Below, piece by piece: positions 19,139-30,107 of a DNA stretch of 64,000 nt. This DNA is from Nitrosopumilaceae archaeon. Lineage in GTDB: Archaea; Thermoproteota; Nitrososphaeria; Nitrososphaerales; Nitrosopumilaceae. Location: NCBI GenBank assembly GCA_965207375.1, contig OZ242274.1, forward strand, positions 512,001 to 576,000, given 5' to 3'. Within the stretch, counting starts at the first letter, position 1. Each line of letters starts with the position of its first letter. The notes under the pieces are model-generated. The model searched no databases. It had not been told where the DNA came from and saw nothing but the letters and a program-made list of their open reading frames with translations. The translations under genes were made by a program, and so were the position numbers.

Positions 19139-22100
19139 ATGGAAAACAACACCGCAATCAGTAGAATCGAAGGAATAAAGATGCCAGATTACTACCTGGC
19201 ATACTATTCTGGATTGTCAGAGGACACCTACAAAATATTTGAAAATGCAGCATCTGCCAAATCTACACTAGTTGATTCTTCAGGCATGATTGAACCAAAA
19301 ATTGCATTTGATCTAGCAGACAGAGTCGCAAAAATGCACGATATTGACATATCCGAGCCCTTGAGGGAATTGCTAAAAACAAACGGCAAGGAACTTTCTG
19401 CGTTAATTATTTCAAAGGAAATTGCATTGGGAAAATATCTCCCTCAAGATTCCACAGTGCAGCAGCGCCTTGACCTGGCAGTTAGAGTAGGATTGGCAAT
19501 TGTTACCGAAGGAGTTACAATTGCACCACTACAAGGAATCTCTGAAGTTAAAATTAAGAAAAACAAAGACGGTAGCGATTACCTCTCAGTATCAATAGCA
19601 GGACCCATGCGTTCTGCGGGAGGTACAGAATCTGCAGTTACCATGCTGATAGCAGATCATGTTAGAAAGGCAGTGGATCTAGCAGAGTACCAGGCAAATT
19701 CATTTGATGATGAAACCGGCAGATTCGTTGAAGAATTGAGAATTTACGAGAGGGAGGCGGGCAGCTTTCAGTTTCACGTACTTGATGAGGATATAGTTAC
19801 TGTGATCTCTCACCTGCCGGTAGAGCTAGATGGTGTCGATACAGATCCGTTTGAGGTTGTTAATCACAAAGGTATGGTACGCATGAAAACTGACAGGGTA
19901 CGCGGAGGTGCATTACGCGTTCTCAATGACGGATTAATTGGAAGATCCAAAAAACTTCTCAAAAGAATTGAACTGTACAATCTAGATGGTTGGGAGTGGC
20001 TAAATGATCTAAAGGGAGCCGTTCAAACCGGTGACAAACAGGAGGATGCTGCAGCCAAGAGAATGCGTGAAGTAATTACAGGCCGCTCCGTTTTATCCAT
20101 GCCCAACAAACTCGGAGGATTTAGGCTCAGATATGGAAGATCCTGCAATACTGGTTTTGCAGCAATAGGATTTCATCCCGTGGTAGCCGAAATACTAGAT
20201 CATACCATTGCTGTGGGTACGCAGGTAAAAATTGATACTCCAGGAAAGGGCGCCACGGTGGCCTTTGTAGATACCATTGATACACCAACTGTCAGACTTC
20301 GAAATGGAAACGTAGTCAAAATTCAAAGCACTAAACATGGCATATCTCTAAAGCCTGAAATTGAAAAGATCTTACACCTAGGTGACATCTTGATCTCATT
20401 TGGCGACTTTCTTGAAAACAATACTCAGTTGGTTCCAACCGGATATGTAGAAGAGTTTTGGATAGAGGAACTAAAAGAACATCTTGCAGATGCATCACAG
20501 GATGAACCATTATTGAATTTTCTAATCTCTACACCTACACTTGAGCAATCCATTGACCTGTCACTGAAATTAAACATGCCACTACATCCTAGATACCTGT
20601 ATTATTGGGACAAAATCACTAATGAAGATCTTAGCATGCTCTTAAAACCACAAAACGTAAAAGATAATCAAATCTATTATTTACCATCGTGTAAAAAAAT
20701 TCTAGAAAACCTCGGCACACCTCACAAAATACAACAGGACCAAATACTACTTGAAGGCATAGAGTCTAGAATTTTCTCTAACCTACTGTTTAGAAATGAA
20801 TTCAAGGTTGACCCTGATCTATCCGTACCCGAAAACATAACGGCGTCCTCGGGCATAGAGATACGTGCAAAGTTCTCTACTACTATAGGAGTTCGCATCG
20901 GCAGACCAGAAAAGGCCGCCCCCAGACAAATGAAGCCTCCAACCCACACATTATTTCCCGTAGGTGAGAAAGGCACCATAACAAGGAATTTGTTAAAAGC
21001 TGCTGCCCGCCCAGACTTTTATACCAATATCTCAAACCGAATCTGCAAAGAGTGCGACTTGCCTTCAATTGGAATCCGGTGTCAGGAATGTGGCAGTAAA
21101 ACTACTACATCTTACAAGTGCCCCAGATGTAGAGACATTACAGATTCGGATCATTGCACAAAATGTAAACGACCCGCGCACGCCTACTCGTACAGGGCCT
21201 TTCCATTAAAGAGCAAACTGATGACGGCGCAACAAAAAACCGGCCTGCGGGCACAGGATCCATTTAAGGGTGTAAAGGAGCTTATCAGCCAAGACAAGAT
21301 TGCAGAACCACTAGAAAAGGGACTGATACGTCAAAGTCTGGGATTGACCGTGTTTAAGGACGGAACCGTCAGATATGATGCAACAAATTCCCCCCTGACC
21401 CACTTTAAGCCATCCTGGATTGGAACATCTGTTGCAAAACTAGTCGAATTGGGTTATACCCATGATGCAGACGGCAATGCCCTATCAGATCCTGATCAGC
21501 TCGTAGAGTTGCGCATGCAAGATATTGTAATACCACATGAATGTGGAAAGTATCTGGTTAACACATGCAAATACATTGATTCTGAATTGGAAAAATTCTA
21601 TGGCAAACCCCCGTTTTTTAAAGTAGAAAATACAGAACAGCTGACAGGACATTTGATTATAGGCCTTGCACCACATACCTCCGTCGGCATCGTGGGCAGG
21701 ATCATTGGGTACACAAATACGCACGTTTGCTTTGCAACTCCTAACTGGCATTCGGCCAAAAGACGTGATGCCGACGGCGATGCAGATTCAATAATGCTCC
21801 TGATGGACGCCCTTCTTAATTTTTCAAGACAGTTTCTCTCTGATAGAATCGGGGGATTAATGGACGCTCCACTATTGATACAGCCGTTGGTACTACCTCA
21901 TGAATCCCAGCCCCAGGCCCACAATCTTGAGGTTACAAAACTCTTTTCCAAAAACTTTTTTGAAGACACCATACAGCAGAAAAAGGCATCAAACATTAAT
22001 TCAGTAGAGATTATCAAGAACAGATTAGAAACAGCACAACAGTTTTACAACTATCACTTTACTCACACAACAACAAGTCTTACTACCTCAAAATCGCGCA

Positions 22101-22516
22101 GTGCATATTCGACTCTGGGCTCGATGCTTGACAAATGTGACATGCAAATTAAAAATGCGGATTTAATTGAGGCAGTAGATACCACCGAAATCGTATCGAA
22201 TTTGATATCCACACATCTTGTTCCTGACATTGTAGGAAATCTCAGAGCGTATGCCCGACAGAGTTTTCGATGTACCGCCTGTAGGCGCAGCTTTCGCAGA
22301 ATGCCACTATTACAAACGTGCGTGTGCGGCCACAATCTAATTCAAACCATTACCAGAGCATCCATTGAAAAATATCTCAAACTTGCAAAACGCCTTGTCA
22401 AAAAGTATGACGTAGGCAAGTATCAGACTGCACGCATTGCAGCACTATCTGATGAGATAGATCTGGTCTTTGGCCCCAATTCAGGCGACCAATTGCTCCT
22501 TACGGACTATAACTAG
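19139..22516 (+). CDS. polC: DNA polymerase D large subunit DP2
   Basis: AGPMRSAGGT, GGFRLRYGR, RIGRPEKA, FKDGTVRYD, HSAKRRDADGDAD and Zn-finger motifs; no intein evident. Confidence 0.98.
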   Translation: MENNTAISRIEGIKMPDYYLAYYSGLSEDTYKIFENAASAKSTLVDSSGMIEPKIAFDLADRVAKMHDIDISEPLRELLKTNGKELSALIISKEIALGKYLPQDSTVQQRLDLAVRVGLAIVTEGVTIAPLQGISEVKIKKNKDGSDYLSVSIAGPMRSAGGTESAVTMLIADHVRKAVDLAEYQANSFDDETGRFVEELRIYEREAGSFQFHVLDEDIVTVISHLPVELDGVDTDPFEVVNHKGMVRMKTDRVRGGALRVLNDGLIGRSKKLLKRIELYNLDGWEWLNDLKGAVQTGDKQEDAAAKRMREVITGRSVLSMPNKLGGFRLRYGRSCNTGFAAIGFHPVVAEILDHTIAVGTQVKIDTPGKGATVAFVDTIDTPTVRLRNGNVVKIQSTKHGISLKPEIEKILHLGDILISFGDFLENNTQLVPTGYVEEFWIEELKEHLADASQDEPLLNFLISTPTLEQSIDLSLKLNMPLHPRYLYYWDKITNEDLSMLLKPQNVKDNQIYYLPSCKKILENLGTPHKIQQDQILLEGIESRIFSNLLFRNEFKVDPDLSVPENITASSGIEIRAKFSTTIGVRIGRPEKAAPRQMKPPTHTLFPVGEKGTITRNLLKAAARPDFYTNISNRICKECDLPSIGIRCQECGSKTTTSYKCPRCRDITDSDHCTKCKRPAHAYSYRAFPLKSKLMTAQQKTGLRAQDPFKGVKELISQDKIAEPLEKGLIRQSLGLTVFKDGTVRYDATNSPLTHFKPSWIGTSVAKLVELGYTHDADGNALSDPDQLVELRMQDIVIPHECGKYLVNTCKYIDSELEKFYGKPPFFKVENTEQLTGHLIIGLAPHTSVGIVGRIIGYTNTHVCFATPNWHSAKRRDADGDADSIMLLMDALLNFSRQFLSDRIGGLMDAPLLIQPLVLPHESQPQAHNLEVTKLFSKNFFEDTIQQKKASNINSVEIIKNRLETAQQFYNYHFTHTTTSLTTSKSRSAYSTLGSMLDKCDMQIKNADLIEAVDTTEIVSNLISTHLVPDIVGNLRAYARQSFRCTACRRSFRRMPLLQTCVCGHNLIQTITRASIEKYLKLAKRLVKKYDVGKYQTARIAALSDEIDLVFGPNSGDQLLLTDYN

Positions 22517-23835
22517 CGTAATTTGACATATTCATAAGCGCCAAGCTTTTTGTCAAAACAATAATGCACCTTTTGGAAATCCTTTCTAAATGATTTGACC
22601 TTTGATGCCAGTCTCTTTGGATCCTTTTTATCAACTATTATCTGCTTGATATATGATGCAATCTCCTGCATTTGGTCCTTTTTCATTCCAAGTCTGGTAA
22701 TTTCTGATACGCCCAATCTAATTCCTCCAGGATGAAAGTAATTCCTGCCAGCCTTAATGTCTCCTGGAATGAGCTGTCTGTTGATAATTATATTGGCCTT
22801 TTCAAGATCTGCTTCTACCTTACCTCCATCAGAATAATCTAAAACATTTACCGCAATTTGATGAGATTCTGTAAATCCCCTGCGCTCTCCCAATACTTTG
22901 AAACCCAAATTATTTAGGGCCTCTGCTAGTGCCTTTGCATTTTTGATTACCTGTATCGTATAGTCTTTTCCAAATTCAAGGGCCTCTGCTAGTGCAACTG
23001 CCTTTGCACCCATGTGGTGTATGTGGTGGCTACTAGTTAATCCAGGAAACATTGCCTTTTTGACTGCGTCTGCATGCTCCTCTCTTCCCAATACGAGGCC
23101 GCCTTGAGGACCAAATAGTGTCTTGTGAGTACTCATAGTCATTGTGTCTGCACCCTCCCTCAAAGGATCCTGAAATTTACCACCTGCAATCAATCCTGCA
23201 ACATGTGCTGCATCATAATTGATGTGCATATCATAACTCTTTAGAAAATCTGCCAATTCCTTTACAGGATGTGGAAACAAGAACAACGATCCTCCAAACA
23301 TGGCCATCTTTGGCAGACGGCCCGCTTTTTTGAGATCTACGATCTTTTGTTTTGTTTTATCAACATCGATAGTCATCTCTTGGGCATCAAATGGATAAAA
23401 TTCAATTTCTAATCCATGTACTAGGCCTGCAGTACCTGCATGTTCTCTTTTTCCATGTGATATGTGACCTCCCGCAGGAATAGACGGAGCCAGCATCACA
23501 TCTCCGGGGTTTGTAAATGCCGAGTATATTGCCAGATTAGCTACCACTCCCGATATTGCTCTTACATCTGCAAATTTAGCCTTGTAAAGTTTTTTTGCAA
23601 GCTTCATACATTCAAACTCTACGTCATCAATGTAGAGACATCCTGCATAAACTCGCTCGCCCGGCCAGCCTTCTGCATATCTGTTGCCAAAATCTGAAAT
23701 CAATGCCTCCCTTACTGCAGGACTAGGAATATTCTCACTTGCAATTAGCGGTATTGAATTTTCAAACCATTTATTGTGGGTCTTTAGCTTGTCAAAGATT
23801 TTGTCATAGGATTGCCTATTTATTGACTTGGCCAT
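22513..23835 (-). CDS. glyA: Serine hydroxymethyltransferase
   Basis: LIASEN, RYAEGWPGERVYAG, GGHISH, DAAH and STHKTLFGPQGG motifs. Confidence 0.97.
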   Translation of the reverse strand: MAKSINRQSYDKIFDKLKTHNKWFENSIPLIASENIPSPAVREALISDFGNRYAEGWPGERVYAGCLYIDDVEFECMKLAKKLYKAKFADVRAISGVVANLAIYSAFTNPGDVMLAPSIPAGGHISHGKREHAGTAGLVHGLEIEFYPFDAQEMTIDVDKTKQKIVDLKKAGRLPKMAMFGGSLFLFPHPVKELADFLKSYDMHINYDAAHVAGLIAGGKFQDPLREGADTMTMSTHKTLFGPQGGLVLGREEHADAVKKAMFPGLTSSHHIHHMGAKAVALAEALEFGKDYTIQVIKNAKALAEALNNLGFKVLGERRGFTESHQIAVNVLDYSDGGKVEADLEKANIIINRQLIPGDIKAGRNYFHPGGIRLGVSEITRLGMKKDQMQEIASYIKQIIVDKKDPKRLASKVKSFRKDFQKVHYCFDKKLGAYEYVKLR

Positions 23836-23938
23836 ACCGTGTAATTTGAAATTCCCAATTTAAAAACACCGCTTTAAATCAGGTGCTTGTAATTTGATTA
23901 AAAAAGGTATAAAAAGGGATTTGAATGTTTTGTGATTT

Positions 23939-25630
23939 ATGAGTGCAACTAACAAGGGCAATATGCCAGTAGTTCTGTTAAAGGACGGGGCTTCAGAAAG
24001 TAAGGGTAGAGAGGCACAAAAAAACAATATTTCAGCATGTAAAATTATCGCAGAAATAATCCACACTAGTTTAGGACCAAGAGGAATGGATAAAATGTTA
24101 GTTGACTCTTTGGGCGATGTAACAATTACAAATGATGGTGCAACAATTCTCAAAGAAATTGATGTCCAGCACCCTGCAGCTAAAATGATGGTGGAAATTT
24201 CAAAAACCACAGATAATGAAGTAGGCGACGGTACAACGTCGGCAGTAGTACTTGGAGGGGCATTGATGGAGAACGCAGAATCTCTAATAGAACAAGAGGT
24301 TCATCCGACGGTAATTGTTGATGGTTATAGAAAGGCAGGTAAAAAAGCAAAACAATACCTGCAAGATATTTCTGAAAAAATCACACCAAGTGACAAGACA
24401 ATATTGAAGAAAATTGCAAAAACGTCAATGCAAACAAAGCTTGTCAGAAAAGACTCTGCTCTCTTGGCAGATTTGACCGTTCAATCAGTTATAGCAGTAG
24501 CTGAAAAGGAAGGTGACAAGTATACCGTTGATATTGATGACATTAAGGTTGAAAAAAAGGCAGGTGGTTCGATAAAGGACTCTGCAGTTATTCAGGGTAT
24601 TGTTTTGGATAAGGAAATAGTTCACGGCGGCATGCCAAAGAAAATCACTCAAGCCAAAATTGCATTAATTAACACCGCACTAGAAATCAGTAAAACTGAA
24701 ACCGATGCAAAAATTAACATTCAGAATCCACAACAAATGAAGGGCTTTTTGGATGAGGAAAACAGAATGCTCAAAAACATGGTAGACAAGGTCATAGGTT
24801 CTGGCGCAAATGTAGTCTTGTGCCAAAAAGGAATCGATGACATGGCACAACACTATCTGGCCAAGGCAGGCATTGTAGCAATTAGAAGAATTAAAGAAAG
24901 CGATCTGACAAAACTTGCCAAAGCCACAGGTGCAAGAATTGTTACCAATCTCAATGATCTGTTTGACAAAGATCTTGGATCCGCTGAAATAGTTGAGGAA
25001 CGCAAGATTGAGGAGGATCGCTGGGTCTTCATTGAAGGTTGCAAACACCCAAAGGCTGTCACCATACTGCTTCGAGGCGGCTCCCAAAGGGTGGTTGACG
25101 AAGTAGACAGATCTATTCATGATGCAATTATGGTTGTAAAAGATGTAATGCACGAACCCTTCATTGTCGCAGGCGGCGGAGCTCCTGAGACATATGCTGC
25201 TGCCAAGCTGCGAAATTGGGCAAAATCATTAGAGGGTAGAGAACAACTAGCAGTTGAAAAATTTGCCGAATCCCTAGAGGCCATCCCACTAGCACTATCT
25301 GAAAATGCAGGTATGGATCCAATAGATACATTGACTGCTCTTAGAGCAAAACAGCTAAAGGGTGAGAAATGGACCGGAATTGATGTTATGCAAGGAAAAA
25401 TTTCCAATATGAAATCCAGTGATATTGTCGAACCATTAGCAGTAAAACTACAGATAGTTTCTGCAGCAACTGAAGCTGCATGCATGATTCTTAGAATTGA
25501 TGATGTAATTGCAACTGCAAAATCTGCCGGACCTCCACCTGGTGCCGAAGGCGGCATGGGTGGTATGCCACCGGGTATGGGCGGCATGCCAGGCATGGGT
25601 GGTATGCCTGATATGGGCGGAATGATGTAA
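23939..25630 (+). CDS. Thermosome (group II chaperonin) subunit
   Basis: SLGPRGMDKM, TNDGATIL and GDGTTS motifs; C-terminal GGM repeats. Confidence 0.98.
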   Translation: MSATNKGNMPVVLLKDGASESKGREAQKNNISACKIIAEIIHTSLGPRGMDKMLVDSLGDVTITNDGATILKEIDVQHPAAKMMVEISKTTDNEVGDGTTSAVVLGGALMENAESLIEQEVHPTVIVDGYRKAGKKAKQYLQDISEKITPSDKTILKKIAKTSMQTKLVRKDSALLADLTVQSVIAVAEKEGDKYTVDIDDIKVEKKAGGSIKDSAVIQGIVLDKEIVHGGMPKKITQAKIALINTALEISKTETDAKINIQNPQQMKGFLDEENRMLKNMVDKVIGSGANVVLCQKGIDDMAQHYLAKAGIVAIRRIKESDLTKLAKATGARIVTNLNDLFDKDLGSAEIVEERKIEEDRWVFIEGCKHPKAVTILLRGGSQRVVDEVDRSIHDAIMVVKDVMHEPFIVAGGGAPETYAAAKLRNWAKSLEGREQLAVEKFAESLEAIPLALSENAGMDPIDTLTALRAKQLKGEKWTGIDVMQGKISNMKSSDIVEPLAVKLQIVSAATEAACMILRIDDVIATAKSAGPPPGAEGGMGGMPPGMGGMPGMGGMPDMGGMM

Positions 25631-25672
25631 TCTCATCAAAGGTTTATTTGATTCCAAAATTTACAGTTCACA

Positions 25673-25999
25673 TTGAAAAAGAAAAAGAGTCTTCAAAAAG
25701 ATATTCCCAAAACCCGACTGGGAAATATATCTGTCTTAAATATTAAATCCGGATTTAAATACGTCTACATCACTGCATTCTTCGTTTTACTATCAGGATT
25801 TTTTCATCCGATAATTACTGAAACAAGCTTTGATGGTGTGATTGCAGGCACAATTGTTCTTTTTGTAGGCCTGTTTGGCGGCATTTTGCTATACAAGGCT
25901 GCATCGGCTGAAAACAACAAGACAATACTGTTGGGATCAGGATTCGGTCTTCTTGCCATCTCGTTTGTTTTTATCTTTCAATTGACTGGCAGAGTATAG
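25673..25999 (+). CDS. Hypothetical membrane protein
   Basis: Three hydrophobic segments in 108 aa. Confidence 0.7.
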   Translation: MKKKKSLQKDIPKTRLGNISVLNIKSGFKYVYITAFFVLLSGFFHPIITETSFDGVIAGTIVLFVGLFGGILLYKAASAENNKTILLGSGFGLLAISFVFIFQLTGRV

Positions 26000-27460
26000 T
26001 TATACATCAAAATAAAGATAGAATTCGTGCGGGTGCGGTCTAATTGATATCTCGCGCTGTTCCTTTCGCTCAATTGCAATAAGTGTGTCAATTACGCTGT
26101 CTGTAAAAATTGGAAGCAGGAATTTTCTGTCGCTTTCCAGCTCGTCTAATGCCTCTCCCAGATTTGCCGGAAGCACGCCTATCCCGCGTTTTATTCTCTC
26201 TGCCTTGGTCATCTTGAATATGTCTTCGCGAACCTGATCTCCTGGATCTATCTTCTTTTTAATTCCGTCTAGACCTGCAGACAGTACTGCAGAAAATACA
26301 AGATATGGATTTGCTGAAGGATCAGGCGCCCTAAACTCTAATCTCTTAAGATGGGCATAGCCTACCCCCTTGAAATGTTTTGGAACCCTTACTATTGCAG
26401 ATCTATTGCTTGCACTCCATGCAATGTATACTGGAGCCTCATAACCTGGAACTAGTCTGTGGTATGAATTGGTGGTGGGATTAGAAATAGCAGATAATGC
26501 CTTTGCGTGTTGTATTATTCCTCCGCAAAAGTATCTTCCCAGCTGGCTCAGTTCATCTTCTGCATCAGGATCATAGAATGCATTTTTCTTTCCCTTCCAC
26601 AAACTTACATTTGTGTGCATGCCAGAACCCGAATCCATTGAGATCGGCTTTGGCATCATTGTTGCTATTTTGCCATACTTTTGAGCGATATTTCTAACTA
26701 CAAATTTGTATGATTGTGCAGCATCTGCTGCATTTGTAAGATGATCATATCTTATGTCAATTTCACACTGGCCTGCAGTTGCCACTTCGTGGTGGTGATT
26801 GTCACACAGGATTCCAAATTCTTCGTTTAAGATATTTACACATTCATTCCTAAATGGTGATAACGTATCTGAGGGAGTACTTGGATAATAGCCCTCCTGC
26901 AATCCCATGGGGTATCCCTTTCCAGCCTTACTCCATGGTGCCTCTGCAGATTCAATGCTGTATGATTGTCCCTTGTAAGGTGTCAAAACATCCCAATGGA
27001 CCTCATCAAAGACAAAAAATTCAACCTCTGGTCCCCAGTTACTTGTGTCAAAACCCTGAGCCTTGAGGTGCTCTTCTGCCTTTTGTGCAATTCCTCTGGG
27101 ATCCCTTGATAGCCTGCCTCGGTCCTCTCCCCAATAAACATCGCAGATTAGTCTGGCGGTTTTATTTTCTGTATACCAAGGTATTTTTGCATACGTGTTA
27201 GAATCAGGCTTTAAAATCAAATCTGAATCATCGATACTTGTAAAGCCCACAATCGATGATCCATCCAATTTCGGAAGTCCATCTTGCATCTGTTCTGGCG
27301 TAAAAGTATCAGAAGAAATTGTAGTATGGTGGTATCGCCCCGTCAAACTCGTAAATTGTAGATCTATGAACTTTATTTCATCGTGATGTATTTTCGAAAA
27401 CACCTCATCTGGCGAATATGTTATCTGATGTGGCTTTCCATGACTAACTTTATACGGCAA
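26000..27460 (-). CDS. glnA: Glutamine synthetase type I
   Basis: DGSSI.GF, HHHEVATAGQCEI, MPKP..GSGMH, NSYHRLVPGYEAP and EFRAPDPSANPY motifs. Confidence 0.98.
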   Translation of the reverse strand: MPYKVSHGKPHQITYSPDEVFSKIHHDEIKFIDLQFTSLTGRYHHTTISSDTFTPEQMQDGLPKLDGSSIVGFTSIDDSDLILKPDSNTYAKIPWYTENKTARLICDVYWGEDRGRLSRDPRGIAQKAEEHLKAQGFDTSNWGPEVEFFVFDEVHWDVLTPYKGQSYSIESAEAPWSKAGKGYPMGLQEGYYPSTPSDTLSPFRNECVNILNEEFGILCDNHHHEVATAGQCEIDIRYDHLTNAADAAQSYKFVVRNIAQKYGKIATMMPKPISMDSGSGMHTNVSLWKGKKNAFYDPDAEDELSQLGRYFCGGIIQHAKALSAISNPTTNSYHRLVPGYEAPVYIAWSASNRSAIVRVPKHFKGVGYAHLKRLEFRAPDPSANPYLVFSAVLSAGLDGIKKKIDPGDQVREDIFKMTKAERIKRGIGVLPANLGEALDELESDRKFLLPIFTDSVIDTLIAIERKEQREISIRPHPHEFYLYFDV

Positions 27461-27514
27461 TTTTATACGTCAAGCTAACACAAATACATCTGTCATTTAA
27501 GGATTAGGTAGAAC

Positions 27515-28066
27515 ATGTCCGAATCACAGGAAATTACAATTAACTCACTGTATGGTATAATTCAAAGAGAAATTCAAAACGATGCCATTCAGGAAATTGA
27601 CCACCGCCTGTATGGAAACATTGCAGAGTTTCTTGGCAAATTAAAAAAACAAGAGTTTGACAACATTGAAAACAAAATAAAAAATTCACTCGTTGAGATG
27701 GCCACCGAGCTTGTAACTCTGCTAGTCAGCATCAGGCTGGAAAAAAACTCGAAAAATCCTGATTTTACCAATTTATTAGATGAGGAAAAATACATACTAG
27801 ATTCACAGGAGGAACGCCACGAAAGGGCCGAGGTGATATTGTCTGCCATACTAAATGGAAAATCACAACTCCTAGATTCCATTTCTGAATCACATAAAAC
27901 CAAGTCTGTACCGGTACGATTTCTCAAAGATACCGAAGAGTTTGTCGGCGTAGATCTTGAAAAATACGGCCCCTTTAAGACAGAAGATCTTGCCACGATA
28001 CCATATGATAACGCACAGGCACTGATTTCCAAAGAACTTGCAACCAAAATCAGATTAGAAGACTAG
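27515..28066 (+). CDS. GINS complex family protein
   Basis: Helical A domain (IRLEK, LLDEEK) and C-terminal B domain VRFLKD.EEFVGVDLEKYGPF..D.A.IP..NA. Confidence 0.85.
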   Translation: MSESQEITINSLYGIIQREIQNDAIQEIDHRLYGNIAEFLGKLKKQEFDNIENKIKNSLVEMATELVTLLVSIRLEKNSKNPDFTNLLDEEKYILDSQEERHERAEVILSAILNGKSQLLDSISESHKTKSVPVRFLKDTEEFVGVDLEKYGPFKTEDLATIPYDNAQALISKELATKIRLED

Positions 28067-28096
28067 GTAAAAATTACTGTCCGGTACAATTTTGTC

Positions 28097-28378
28097 ATGT
28101 CACACACGGGAGTAGAGGTATTTGACTTTTTACTAATTACAATTTATCCCGTTATGGGCTTGTTTGCAGTTGAAATTACTAGTCGTGCAATAAAGGCACC
28201 AAAGTGGATAAAACTATGGGTTCAGGCTTTTGTCTTGATAGGATTTGCAATTGCATATTTTTCATTTCCAGGAGATGAAAAGTTTCCACTGACTGCAGTT
28301 GTCTTGTTGGCCTTGGCTGCAGCCCTGTTTTATCAAGGCAGACGCGCAAAGATCTCTCCGGACAAATCCCCGTACTAG
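28097..28378 (+). CDS. Hypothetical membrane protein
   Basis: Three TM-like segments in 93 aa. Confidence 0.7.
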   Translation: MSHTGVEVFDFLLITIYPVMGLFAVEITSRAIKAPKWIKLWVQAFVLIGFAIAYFSFPGDEKFPLTAVVLLALAAALFYQGRRAKISPDKSPY

Positions 28379-28381
28379 TCC

Positions 28382-28606
28382 CTACCTGAATTTTCCAAAA
28401 ATACGCCTAAGAAAAGACGGCCTATCACGTCCTCCGTCTCGAATTACCTTTCGTTCTCCAAATTTTTTTGCCCTTATCTGAGTCAATTTTACACAGCGAT
28501 GTTCCTCAGGCAGTCTATGTTCTGGACAAAAATAATCTTTACAATAATTACACTGAAACGGCATGTCAGTCTCATCTCCGCAGTACGCACATTTTTCATA
28601 TTTCAT
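28382..28606 (-). CDS. AN1-type zinc finger protein
   Basis: CAYC..MPFQCNYCKDYFCPEHRLPEEHRC. Confidence 0.9.
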   Translation of the reverse strand: MKYEKCAYCGDETDMPFQCNYCKDYFCPEHRLPEEHRCVKLTQIRAKKFGERKVIRDGGRDRPSFLRRIFGKFR

Positions 28607-28756
28607 ACTATACCATAATAATTCTGTTTTTAATAAATTAGCTACAAAAGTATGACAAGGCTGCAAATTGTAGAAATTACATAAAGCGCCCCTGTCAAAC
28701 ACAATACCTACTGCAACTTTATATTTACAGTCCATATCCTGTAATAGCGAGTTTTA

Positions 28757-29497
28757 ATGACTACAGGCAAGGTTGCAATAATTACGGGAGCAAGTAGCGG
28801 TATTGGATATGCAACAGCTCAAACTCTGGCTGCAGCAGGAATTCGTGTAGCCCTCGGAGCCAGACGAGTCGACAGGCTAGAAGAGCTTGCAAAAAAAATC
28901 TCTGCAGCCGGAGGCAACGTTTTCTACCAAAAATTAGATGTGACTCAAAGAACTCAGTGTGAAAATTTTGCCAAAGCAGTTTTAGACAAATGGGGATCAA
29001 TTGACATTCTTGTCAACAATGCGGGTCTGATGCCTTTGAGCTTTTTCAAAAATCTCAAGGTAGACGAATGGGATCAAATGATTGATGTCAATATCAAGGG
29101 AGTCCTGTATTGTACTGCTGCTGTAATATCTCATATGAAAGAAAAAAAATCCGGACACATTGTTAATCTGTCCTCTGTTGCAGGCAGAATTGTATTTCCT
29201 GCAGGCAGTGTATACTGTGCCACAAAGCACGCAATAGCCGCATTTAGTGAGGGCCTGAGACAGGAATTTAGCGTCCGCTCAAACATACGAGTTACCAGTA
29301 TTGAACCAGGAGTTGTTGCAACAGAGCTCAACGATGCCATTACTGATGAATCCCTCAAAGGATTTGTGGAGAACGCTAAAAATATGGAATCCTTGCAAGC
29401 ACAAGACATTGCAAATGCAATTCTATATGCAGTTAATTGTCCCTCCCATGTTAACGTAAATGAGATCCTGATAAGACCTACTACTCAAGAGCGTTAA
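28757..29497 (+). CDS. SDR-family oxidoreductase
   Basis: TGASSGIG, NNAG and YCATK motifs. Confidence 0.95.
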   Translation: MTTGKVAIITGASSGIGYATAQTLAAAGIRVALGARRVDRLEELAKKISAAGGNVFYQKLDVTQRTQCENFAKAVLDKWGSIDILVNNAGLMPLSFFKNLKVDEWDQMIDVNIKGVLYCTAAVISHMKEKKSGHIVNLSSVAGRIVFPAGSVYCATKHAIAAFSEGLRQEFSVRSNIRVTSIEPGVVATELNDAITDESLKGFVENAKNMESLQAQDIANAILYAVNCPSHVNVNEILIRPTTQER

Positions 29498-29498
29498 T

Positions 29499-29699
29499 TC
29501 ATTTGCCTTTTTCTCTAGTCATGTGCTCAAGTATTGCCTTGACCTCAGTGGCCAATTCGGAGCCTTTTAAAAGATCTAATTTTTCAGGAATTCCTAGTTT
29601 AAAATTCTCATCCTCTAACTCTATGCGCCGTTTTTGCAGGCAATCAAGATGATCTTGGCCGGTACCTGATATTTTGTTACAAATTGAACATATTTTCAT
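29499..29699 (-). CDS. Small hypothetical protein with CxxC..H..C motif
   Basis: MKICSICNK...HLDC. Confidence 0.6.
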   Translation of the reverse strand: MKICSICNKISGTGQDHLDCLQKRRIELEDENFKLGIPEKLDLLKGSELATEVKAILEHMTREKGK

Positions 29700-29755
29700 A
29701 TTATTGGATATAGATACCACGATTTAATAATTTCATCTAATGTCTAAATTCTTAC

Positions 29756-29829
29756 GGGATCGTCGTCTAGCTTGGTATGATACTTGTCTGGGGGACAAGT
29801 GGTCGCAGGTTCAAATCCTGCCGGTCCCA
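29756..29829 (+). tRNA. tRNA-Pro (GGG)
   Basis: Acceptor GGGATCG/CGGTCCC+A; anticodon arm CTTGT-CTGGGGG-ACAAG; T arm GCAGG-TTCAAAT-CCTGC; CCA not encoded. Confidence 0.95.
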
Positions 29830-30107
29830 TATCTCATAATTACAGATAAATATCTAAAATCTTTGACAAATCAGTTCTAGATGCTTTGGGCACTTGCTGT
29901 CTAGCATGCATCTGGCGCAGTCTGGTATTTTGAATAGAATAATTCATGAGATGTAAAATCTACTCGGACGATAAAAATATCTTGTATGCGTGCAGCATTT
30001 AATTCATCACATTTTCAGAGATTTAGCTTTACCGATACATCGATTGCCCATGGATGAATATAGTTGCCAAACTTTTCTAATCTGGCTTGACTAATTAGAC
30101 ATACCAA

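Noticed and set aside
19139-22516. Intein in DP2
   Set aside because: Length and continuous motifs fit an intein-free protein; no splice-junction or LAGLIDADG motifs seen
25550-25627. GGCGGCATG-type tandem repeats
   Set aside because: They encode the ordinary GGM tail of chaperonins
29830-30107. Integrated element at tRNA-Pro
   Set aside because: No integrase nearby, and I noticed no duplicate of the tRNA 3' end in the window
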